From a bacterium (lineage in GTDB: Bacteria; UBP7; UBA6624): DNA of 32,000 nt. Where the stretch lies: NCBI GenBank assembly GCA_002716355.1, contig PBAU01000010.1, positions 30,001-62,000 on the forward strand, read 5' to 3'. Made by a program: the position numbers and the translations under genes. A model generated the notes under the pieces. The model had not been told where the DNA came from. It ran no database searches and was given only the letters and a program-made list of their open reading frames with translations. Each line of letters begins with the position of its first letter. Position 1 is the first letter of the stretch. Shown piece by piece: positions 1 to 9,946 of this stretch.

Positions 1-876
1 TTTGCAGATTTAAAAATAGATGTCACAAGGGTCAATATGTGCAACATAAAAGAAATCCAAAAAAACATAACAAAGGAAACAAGGATAATATATCTAGAAA
101 CTCCTTTAAACCCTACTCTTGAAATGATGGATATACCATCAATATCATCAATTGTTAAAAAAGAAAATGCCAAAAGGGATGGTGGAAACAAAATTTACCT
201 AATAGTTGATAACACTTTCATGACACCTTGGGGACAAAGGCCAATCCATCATGGAGCAGATATTGTTGTGCATAGTCTCACAAAGGCAATTGGAGGATAT
301 GGAACAGATACAGCTGGAGCAGCTATTGTTCCAAATGAAATCTATTCCAAATTACAAATTAAAAGAAAAGATTTCGGAGGAATGCTTAGTTCAAGATCAG
401 CATGGAGTATTCTTACTTATGGAATTCCAACACTTCCATTAAGAGTGAAAAAACAGCAAGAAAGCGCTAAGAAAATTGCAGAATATCTCGAATCACACCC
501 TAAGGTTAAGAATGTAAAATGGCCAGGGTTAAGGAGTTTCAAGGGTCAAAAAATCGCAAAAAAACAAATGCAAGATCCTGAAGGCAACTTCTTTCCAGGA
601 TTTATGATTTATTTTGAAATCAAAAGCAATAAGCAAAACATAGGTTCAAAATTCGTAAACTTTATAGCAAAAAATTCATACTCAATAACATTGGCAGTTT
701 CACTAGGCAACATAAAAACGCTTATAGAGTGTCCATTCTCGATGACTCATTCAGTAATACCTGAAGAAGAAAAGCTAGAAAATAACCTTGATCAAAATGG
801 AATTAGATTATCTGTAGGGTTGGAATCTCCTGAAGATTTAAAAAAAGATCTTGAAGCTGCTTTTAGTTCAATATAA
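1..876 (+). CDS. Cys/Met-metabolism PLP-dependent enzyme (methionine gamma-lyase / O-acylhomoserine sulfhydrylase / cystathionine gamma-synthase family), 5'-truncated by window edge
   Basis: Frame 1 is open from base 1 (FADLKIDVTRVN before the listed ATG at 37). Family hallmarks: LETPLNPT, VDNTFMTP, PLP-lysine motif VHSLTKAIGG, IPTLPLRV, C-terminal IRLSVGLESPEDLKKDL. Stop TAA at 874-876. The subfamily cannot be resolved by eye. Confidence 0.85.
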   Translation, partial: FADLKIDVTRVNMCNIKEIQKNITKETRIIYLETPLNPTLEMMDIPSISSIVKKENAKRDGGNKIYLIVDNTFMTPWGQRPIHHGADIVVHSLTKAIGGYGTDTAGAAIVPNEIYSKLQIKRKDFGGMLSSRSAWSILTYGIPTLPLRVKKQQESAKKIAEYLESHPKVKNVKWPGLRSFKGQKIAKKQMQDPEGNFFPGFMIYFEIKSNKQNIGSKFVNFIAKNSYSITLAVSLGNIKTLIECPFSMTHSVIPEEEKLENNLDQNGIRLSVGLESPEDLKKDLEAAFSSI

Positions 877-930
877 AAAAACCCTTGGTTAGCATATTTA
901 TATGCTAGACTTTAAACTGGGTTTTTTATT
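876..930 (+). terminator. Possible structured 3' region / weak intrinsic terminator
   Basis: A-tract+CCC (876-884) pairs with GGG+T-tract (919-927). Inside is a 7-8 bp hairpin, tagcata (890-896) / tatgcta (901-907), with loop ttta. It is AT-rich with a large internal loop, so it is weak. Confidence 0.25.
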
Positions 931-1680
931 ATGCTAGGTGATTTTTTAGTCGAGCAAAAATTAATTTCTTCAGCGCAACTGTCGGAAGTTTTATCTGAGC
1001 TACCGAGATCCGGAAGAAAAATTGGACAACTTTTAATTGAAAAAGGCTATGTCGAGGAAAAAAAACTAAAAGAAGCCTTAGAGGTTCTGTTAAACCAAAA
1101 AAATGTTGATATCTACGAAGGAGACACAACTCTTTTAGATAAAAACGGGGTTGTCATAACCAGGACAAGGATTCTCAACAGAGGAAAAACATATCCTGTT
1201 AAACCAACGAGCAGTGCTAGAAGGACTCAAAAAAACTACAAAAGAATACATCAGTCCCCGGACTCATCAAAAGGTGGAATCATGATTGCATGTGGACTTT
1301 TAACCGCAATAGCTGGAATGCTTTTAGGGCCCTCAGCCCAAGATGGACAAGCTTCATTACCTATAATTGCCTGGATCGGATTAAGCTTATGCCTTCTTGG
1401 AATAATCACCTATCGAAAAAAGGTTGTTACCACTTATACAAGGCATTATTTGGAACTTTTTGAACATGGCTTAACAGGTGTTAGAGTTTTTAAAGATTCT
1501 CAGCCAGAATTCATAGATGAAGCAGTTGCTGTAATAAACAAAAATATTGCCTCTTTTGAAAATTGGGAAGACAGAAAAGAGCAGTATAAGGTAAGCACAA
1601 AAGATTTAGAAAGAGCAAGAGTGGAAATGAACAAACTAAGAGAATCCAGAGGCCAAAAACCTATTGACCATCAAGATTAG
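931..1680 (+). CDS. Small membrane protein with an N-terminal T2SSE_N/MshEN-like domain and two predicted TM helices
   Basis: The N-terminus MLGDFLVEQKLISSAQLSEVLSEL-PRSGR-KIGQLLIEKGYVEEKKLKEALEVL fits two copies of the 24-residue MshEN motif separated by 5 residues. Hydrophobic segments GGIMIACGLLTAIAGMLLGP and LPIIAWIGLSLCLLGIITY. An in-frame TAA at 913-915 upstream fixes the ATG at 931 as the first start. Confidence 0.6.
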   Translation: MLGDFLVEQKLISSAQLSEVLSELPRSGRKIGQLLIEKGYVEEKKLKEALEVLLNQKNVDIYEGDTTLLDKNGVVITRTRILNRGKTYPVKPTSSARRTQKNYKRIHQSPDSSKGGIMIACGLLTAIAGMLLGPSAQDGQASLPIIAWIGLSLCLLGIITYRKKVVTTYTRHYLELFEHGLTGVRVFKDSQPEFIDEAVAVINKNIASFENWEDRKEQYKVSTKDLERARVEMNKLRESRGQKPIDHQD

Positions 1681-2555
1681 TTTAACAATACCGAAAAATC
1701 CAAAAGCCAGCTAAAGAACCTTTTTAGCAAATTCCATATAAACAACAAAGATGCTATTGGCAAAATTATTGCATCTAGTAAAAAAATAGCAGCTAAAAGC
1801 ATGGTGTGTTTCACTATCTGGGAAGAATACTCTTGCCAAAAAGATGCATCATGACTTTTGAACCAAGTTGAAATCTGGTTATATTTTTCAATTGGATCTG
1901 CTGTTGAATTGTAAACTTCGCTTAATCCATTTAACTCTTGGACCTTGGTATCTAAAACCTCTTGTGAACTTAGAAGACTTCCCTCAGTCAAAGTATTAGA
2001 TATTTTTTGGGATGTTAAAACAGTTACAGGGAAAAGAAACTTTAAGGCAATTCCAAAAATTAGTATAAAAATTGAAATTTTATAAACATCAATTTTCTTT
2101 GTTTTCTTCTTTTTAGAGGAAACATAAAACAATCCTAGGAAGCCAAAAAACAGAAGCATATTGGCAAATTTCAAATCTGAAAACTGCAACAACATTCTTT
2201 CAACTTCAATTGCAATCCATGAAATCAAAGTTATATTCCACGCTTTATCTACCAAGTCATAAGTCGGCTCTGCAAAATCACCCGCTTCTATATCTAATGT
2301 AACATCTGCACTTTGGCCCAAAACACCAAATCTAACTCCTGTCTCAATATCACTACCCTCAACAATTGCCAAAACGCTCTTCATTGCTGTTAATGTTAAA
2401 AATGCATTCCTTGCCTTCTCAACTGCAATATCAAGATACAAATCTGCAGGATTTTGAGCATATTCAGTTAAACGATCAGCAATAGGAGTAATTGTCAAAA
2501 ATGCTAATAAAATAAAAAATAATCTTTTGAACTTTTTCATGGCTAATAAAATCAT
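1677..2555 (-). CDS. Hypothetical multi-pass membrane protein
   Basis: Long ORF with an N-terminal signal/TM (KKFKRLFFILLAFLTI) and several hydrophobic helices (MLLFFGFLGLFYV, ISIFILIFGIALKFLF, MLLAAIFLLDAIILPIASLLFIW). No recognisable family. An alternative ATG at 2540 is possible. The 3' end overlaps the convergent gene by 4 bp. Confidence 0.55.
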   Translation of the reverse strand: MILLAMKKFKRLFFILLAFLTITPIADRLTEYAQNPADLYLDIAVEKARNAFLTLTAMKSVLAIVEGSDIETGVRFGVLGQSADVTLDIEAGDFAEPTYDLVDKAWNITLISWIAIEVERMLLQFSDLKFANMLLFFGFLGLFYVSSKKKKTKKIDVYKISIFILIFGIALKFLFPVTVLTSQKISNTLTEGSLLSSQEVLDTKVQELNGLSEVYNSTADPIEKYNQISTWFKSHDASFWQEYSSQIVKHTMLLAAIFLLDAIILPIASLLFIWNLLKRFFSWLLDFSVLLN

Positions 2556-2584
2556 AGCTCAAATCTTTTGTTTTAGAATAACAA

Positions 2585-5187
<2,603 letters not shown>

Positions 5188-5190
5188 GAA

Positions 5191-5829
5191 ATGTCAAGAT
5201 ATAGCGATAAAGACTTAAAAAAGATGGATAAGCTAAAAAAGCTTAACATCATCAATGGGATAACAGGAATAAAATAAGCTAATCTTATTGGAACTTTAAA
5301 CAAGAATAAGGTTGAAAATTGTGCAATATTCAGCTCAACAATACATCTAGGAAGCGATCCTGCGCTAATCGGATTCATCTCTAGGCCAACAATTGATACC
5401 AGAAGGCACACCCTGGAGAACATCAAAGAAAATGGCTTTTACACAATCAGCTCAATTACTGAAGCCATGGCTGAAAGAGCTCATTACACATCAGCTAAAT
5501 TTAATGATGACATCAATGAGTTTGAACGCTGTGGTTTAGAAACAGAATACCTTTCTGGCTTCCCTGCCCCATTCGTCAAAAAAAGCCCCATAAAGATAGG
5601 CATGCGCTATCTAGAAAGTTTAAAAATAGAAAAAAACCAAACAGTGTTGGTGATTGGAGAGCTAGAGACTCTTTCTATTTCTGGTTTGATTATTGATGAT
5701 CGTGGATATATAAATCTTCAAAAAGGAAACATCTGCGGAATAGGAGGCTTGAATCAATATTACACATTGAAAAAAAAGTATGAATACCCTTATGCAAGAC
5801 CAGAAAAAACACCTGAATTCAAAAGGTAA
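5191..5829 (+). pseudogene. Flavin reductase-like (FMN-binding split-barrel) gene interrupted by an in-frame TAA at 5275-5277
   Basis: Hand translation of frame 1 from ATG 5191 gives MSRYSDKDLKKMDKLKKLNIINGITGIK*ANLIGTLNKNKVENCAIFSSTIHLGSDPALIGFISRPTIDTRRHTLENIKENGFYTISSITEAMAERAHYTSAKF... This continues into the listed ORF 5467-5829. The conserved core (LIGT...N.A.FSS..HLGS.P.L.GF..RP...R.T..NI...G.....) lies between the TAA and the first canonical start (5467). Confidence 0.7.
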
Positions 5830-5883
5830 AAACTAAAAAAAATCTTTTCATAACCTTTTAATTTTAAGGCAAAAAAAGAAAAA

Positions 5884-5954
5884 CTGGGGAACTAGGATTC
5901 GAACCTAGATTCCCGGTTCCAGAGACCGGTGTCTTGCCCTTAGACGATTCCCCA
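5884..5954 (-). tRNA. tRNA-Gln (anticodon CUG)
   Basis: Reverse complement is UGGGGAAUCGUCUAAGGGCAAGACACCGGUCUCUGGAACCGGGAAUCUAGGUUCGAAUCCUAGUUCCCCAG. It folds as a cloverleaf: 7-bp acceptor with U1-A72, D stem GUCU/AGAC, anticodon stem CCGGU/ACCGG, loop CU-CUG-GA, T arm CUAGG-UUCGAAU-CCUAG, discriminator G. CCA is not encoded. It closely resembles E. coli tRNA-Gln. Confidence 0.9.
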
Positions 5955-5966
5955 AAAAAAACTAAA

Positions 5967-6863
5967 TTAGTCTTCTATTTTGATCACAGTGTAATCATGG
6001 TCTCTTTTGTTCTCGATGATCACTGTCTGCATTATTACGTCCTCAACGGGCCTATCTCTTCCGTCTGTAGGAAGGTTGCAGATTCTGTCAATAACATTCA
6101 TGCCCTCAACAACCATGCCAAAAGCAGTATGCTTTCCATTTAAGAAAAAATTGTCCTTATGGTTGATGAAAAACTGACTGCCATTAGTATTAGGTCCAGC
6201 ATTCGCCATAGCTATCGTTCCATAAGCAACAGGAACAGAAGGCAAAGAGTCATCAAAAGAATATCCATCAGATATCAATGCATCCATCTTGGATGCACCT
6301 GTAGCCAAAGCATTTGCAGCATCCATGATTTCTTTCATGAGCTTCTCTTCACCAATCTCAGCAACAACCTCATTAAGCTTCTCTTGAGAATCCACTCCAT
6401 ATTTCTGAAAAACCTCTCTTTGTGCTGCTTGCATTTGGCCTTGCCCAATTTCCTTCTCTTTGTCAAGACCTAAGGCTATCGCGTTAATCTCATCAGCAAA
6501 CCTATATCCAGGACCGCCAGTTCCTACGCCATCCGGATCTCCACCCTGCGCCATAAAGCCTTTTATGACCCTGTGAAAAATCACACCATTGTAAAAGCCT
6601 TCTTCTGCAAGAGAGACAAAATTTGCAACCGTATTCGGAGCTGCATCCTCATACAGCTCAATAACGATATCTCCCATGTTCGTATTAATTCTTGCTATCG
6701 GATTGTTTTCGCTCATAATCTCTGCTCCTTTTCCTTCTTCCCCAATGTTTCCATCTGGAACCTGAACTTCTCTTACCTGAACCTGAGAAGCTCCTTCATC
6801 ATTAACGCTTGGCTTGCAGCCAAAAAAAATCACTGGCAGCAAGATTAAAAAAAGTTTTTTCAT
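5967..6863 (-). CDS. Cyclophilin-type peptidyl-prolyl isomerase lipoprotein with a ~80-aa internal insertion
   Basis: Start chosen at ATG 6863 (MKKLFLILLPVIFFGC, lipobox FFGC), which avoids overlap with the upstream gene ending at 6874. Cyclophilin motifs FHRVIKGFMAQGGDP, GGPGYRFADE and AMANAGPNTNGSQFFI. About 90 residues lie between ...FADE and GTIAMANAG. Confidence 0.85.
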   Translation of the reverse strand: MKKLFLILLPVIFFGCKPSVNDEGASQVQVREVQVPDGNIGEEGKGAEIMSENNPIARINTNMGDIVIELYEDAAPNTVANFVSLAEEGFYNGVIFHRVIKGFMAQGGDPDGVGTGGPGYRFADEINAIALGLDKEKEIGQGQMQAAQREVFQKYGVDSQEKLNEVVAEIGEEKLMKEIMDAANALATGASKMDALISDGYSFDDSLPSVPVAYGTIAMANAGPNTNGSQFFINHKDNFFLNGKHTAFGMVVEGMNVIDRICNLPTDGRDRPVEDVIMQTVIIENKRDHDYTVIKIED

Positions 6864-6873
6864 AATTTCAATT

Positions 6874-8454
6874 CTACTCGTTAACATATCTAACCATCCC
6901 CCAACTAAAAACATTATTACTATCTTTTACTGAAAAATACATCTCTTCTTTAGGGACGATCCAGATTTGCCAATCAAACCCAAGATCAGTAAAGCTAAAA
7001 TTCCAAATACCATTTTCATAAAACCCTACTGACTCATAACGTTTTCCCATAAGGTCTATCGCCATGACCAAATCCCCACTCTCATCTATAAGAAAATAAT
7101 GATTTGTAACATTTTCTCCCACAATAATCTTCAAAACAACAAAGCCTGAAACTTCAAAGGAATTGCCATAAAGCTCCTTCTGAACATTAACTTTTATATC
7201 TTTAAGATTTACATTTCCTATTTGGGCAATCTGCACATCTCCGTCAATTAAAAAATTATCTAAGAAATCAACTGGAGAACCCTTGTCTTCCAAATCAAGA
7301 GAAAATCCCAGCCAAGGAAAAATTTCACTGACTTTCTTGATGATGACTGGTTCAACAGGCCGATGATTGTTTTCTTTATCGACTTTAACAGAATTTATAA
7401 CATCAACAACCTCAAAACCTGAAACAACCCGTCCAAAAACAGAATAATTACCATCAAGCTTTCTGACTCTCTCTGTGTCTTCAATTGGAATAAACCATTG
7501 ACTGCCATTAGTGTTAGGCCCAGCATTCGCCATAGAGAGAACATAGGGTACATGCTTAAGATCAGGATGCACTTCGTTATCAAATTCATATCCAGGCCCA
7601 CCCCAACCTGTACCAGTTGAATCACCGCATTGATTCACGAAGCCAAGAATGATTCGATGACATATAGTGCCATCAAAAAATCCATATCTTGAAAGTTTCA
7701 AAAAATTCTGAGAAGTCCTAGGGGCCTTGTCGAAAAACAGTTCAATAAAATAATTACCATAATTTGTTTCAAGCTTCAAAACAGGGTTTAAATACATCGA
7801 TTCATTAAAACTTAAACTATCGAATCCTTTAAGAGTTACAGAAGTGTCCTGAATAACAAAAAGACCTGAATGATTCATAGGGTTCATTTTTGTAAAAACC
7901 CTTGATCCGAGAATAGGAAAACCATGACTTGATGTAATTACTTCTCCTCTTATATTCCACTTCCAAAAACCATCTTCAGATTCTTCTGCCAAATCAATCC
8001 TGCTTGAAAAAATACGCTCTTCCCCTTCAAGCACTGAACCTTTTATTAATTCTGGATCTGAAAATGACATCGCTGCATCTTTTAATTGCGAAAATGGAAA
8101 TGATGCATCTTCATACTCTGATTCCGAATCAAAAGGAATTAATGAATACGGAAACCCGTAACCTGTTTCTTGTGCCTCCAAATCATCAATTAAATGATAC
8201 CCCTCACAACTCTCGTGAATATCCCCGCTAATAACAAATGCTGCATAATGCTCTTGTGGGCAAACCAACTTAGTTTTGCTGCCATCATCTCTTTTCATAA
8301 AGTATTCGAAGCGATCTTCAAGATCGATAAACTCGACATGGACCTGCTCTGAATGGCTTTCAATAATGGGGTTCAAAAGACCATTTGAATAGTCATAAGT
8401 GGTGCGACTAAACTCTAAATCAGCAATTAAGGAACTGAAAATAATCAAAAACAT
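6874..8454 (-). CDS. Multidomain protein with a central cyclophilin PPIase domain flanked by unknown N- and C-terminal domains
   Basis: Residues ~225-376 (nt ~7327-7782) carry FIELFFDKAPRTSQNF, CHRIILGFVNQCGD, GGPGYEFDNE, SMANAGPNTNGSQWFI and VFGRVVSGFEVV. The ~224 aa N-terminal and ~150 aa C-terminal regions match nothing I recognise. Confidence 0.75.
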   Translation of the reverse strand: MFLIIFSSLIADLEFSRTTYDYSNGLLNPIIESHSEQVHVEFIDLEDRFEYFMKRDDGSKTKLVCPQEHYAAFVISGDIHESCEGYHLIDDLEAQETGYGFPYSLIPFDSESEYEDASFPFSQLKDAAMSFSDPELIKGSVLEGEERIFSSRIDLAEESEDGFWKWNIRGEVITSSHGFPILGSRVFTKMNPMNHSGLFVIQDTSVTLKGFDSLSFNESMYLNPVLKLETNYGNYFIELFFDKAPRTSQNFLKLSRYGFFDGTICHRIILGFVNQCGDSTGTGWGGPGYEFDNEVHPDLKHVPYVLSMANAGPNTNGSQWFIPIEDTERVRKLDGNYSVFGRVVSGFEVVDVINSVKVDKENNHRPVEPVIIKKVSEIFPWLGFSLDLEDKGSPVDFLDNFLIDGDVQIAQIGNVNLKDIKVNVQKELYGNSFEVSGFVVLKIIVGENVTNHYFLIDESGDLVMAIDLMGKRYESVGFYENGIWNFSFTDLGFDWQIWIVPKEEMYFSVKDSNNVFSWGMVRYVNE

Positions 8455-8485
8455 AGCGTCATACTATACTATTAAAAAAACAATA

Positions 8486-9946
8486 ATGAATGAAAGCCAG
8501 AGCAAAATTAATAAAAGTCTTTTTTATCTGTTTTTAATAGTCGGAGCATTCTTAAGAGTTTTCCAGTTTGGCGAAAGCCCCTTGTGGGCAGATGAAGCAT
8601 TTACACAATATTGGAGCAAATCAATCTTTGAAGGAGAATGGAGATGGCTTTGGCAAATAGATTTTAATCCACCACTGTACTACATCGCACAATCTCCTTT
8701 CAGTTATTTTTCTACAGATCTAGGACTTCAAAATGAAATTTCCGCCAGGTTGCCCTCTTTAATATTTGAATTTATATTCATAATATTTGCATACAGGTTT
8801 CTAAAATTAAAAGAAAATAACAATATACCTCAAATTTTTCTAATCTTATGGATGGTCAGCCCATCAGCAATAGAAGCTGCAAGGACGGGAAGGGGGTATA
8901 CCCTTTTACTTCTTTTCAGCTTTATAGCTTGGAGAAAAATAGAAGAAATACTAAAAGAGAATCAAAAGAAAAAAAATGAAAAAACAATTAGCGCAAAAAA
9001 TAAAATAATATTCACGATATCAGCTACGGGCATGCTTTACACACACTACTATGGGTTTTTAATACTTGGAGGTCTTTTTCTATATTCAGTTTCAATAAAA
9101 AAAACAAAAGAATACCTTCTTGCTCTAATCCCTACAATCCTTTTATTTATTCCATGGCTTCCAAAATTCATGATCCAACTAAACAGAGGGAATGAGATGA
9201 TACAGGATATAACTTTAACAAGAATACCTAGAGGTTTAATTTCAATATTCACAGGTCAAACAATATTTTTAGAAAATTTTGGAATGGAAAATAAAGATTT
9301 GATTCTTTGTATTTTTGTGACTGGGATAATGTCATTCCTTCTTTTGAAATCCATGAATAAAAAAAATAAATTACTCATGTTTGAAGCATTTTCAATACCA
9401 TTTCTAGCAATGCTTTTTAGCTTTTTTGGATTAGAAATCTGGGAAGAGTATTGGTTTTTACCAGGCATTCCTGCAATAATAATATTAATTGCAAAAAATT
9501 TACAAAAAACCAACAAAAAAAATCAAATTAAATTTTATCCTCTTGTGCTTGTTTTGTCTTATATATCATTACAAATATCTTATTACTCCCATCAAGAATG
9601 GAACCTTGCTAAAGGAACTGGGGCAAAAATAATTTTTGCTAACACGCCTTTTGATATTTACCCTTTGAAATTTGTTTCAGAAAGCAGGAATGAAAAAGAT
9701 TATGAAACAACTTACTCTTACTACAAGAATGAAAGAGCTTATGGTGAAAAAATTGCAAAAAAAATATGTGATGAATCACAAAAAAATACAGGTAGTTTTT
9801 TTATATCTGGGTCTTTTGACCCTATTCCATCAGGAGGAGTAATTCAAGATTTAAAAAAATGTGAAAACTTAAAATTAACAGAAGAAAAAATAGGCAGAAG
9901 GGTCTTTGTTTACAAATACACAAGTATAAAAAATCAAGAAAAATAA
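8486..9946 (+). CDS. GT-C fold membrane glycosyltransferase (GT39/PMT_2/ArnT-like)
   Basis: ATG at 8486 preferred over the listed 8399 start, which would overlap the divergent gene. Polytopic membrane protein. The first loop carries the family-typical FLRVFQFGESPLWADEAF (DE motif after TM1). Confidence 0.6.
   Translation: MNESQSKINKSLFYLFLIVGAFLRVFQFGESPLWADEAFTQYWSKSIFEGEWRWLWQIDFNPPLYYIAQSPFSYFSTDLGLQNEISARLPSLIFEFIFIIFAYRFLKLKENNNIPQIFLILWMVSPSAIEAARTGRGYTLLLLFSFIAWRKIEEILKENQKKKNEKTISAKNKIIFTISATGMLYTHYYGFLILGGLFLYSVSIKKTKEYLLALIPTILLFIPWLPKFMIQLNRGNEMIQDITLTRIPRGLISIFTGQTIFLENFGMENKDLILCIFVTGIMSFLLLKSMNKKNKLLMFEAFSIPFLAMLFSFFGLEIWEEYWFLPGIPAIIILIAKNLQKTNKKNQIKFYPLVLVLSYISLQISYYSHQEWNLAKGTGAKIIFANTPFDIYPLKFVSESRNEKDYETTYSYYKNERAYGEKIAKKICDESQKNTGSFFISGSFDPIPSGGVIQDLKKCENLKLTEEKIGRRVFVYKYTSIKNQEK

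Noticed and set aside
5275-5277. In-frame TAA as evidence for stop-codon reassignment
   Set aside because: TAA clearly terminates other genes here, for example 874-876 and this gene's own stop at 5827-5829. No other conserved gene in the window contains an internal stop. A single lesion or sequencing error is more parsimonious.
5884-5954. tRNA-Gln as an integration site for a genomic island, with the broken flavin reductase next to it
   Set aside because: No integrase, no direct repeat of the tRNA 3' end and no mobile-element genes are visible on either side.
8399-8485. Longer N-terminus for the GT-C gene starting at 8399
   Set aside because: It would overlap the divergent cyclophilin-domain gene by 56 bp and adds a non-hydrophobic, lysine-rich leader. 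ATG 8486 gives a typical N-terminus directly preceding TM1.
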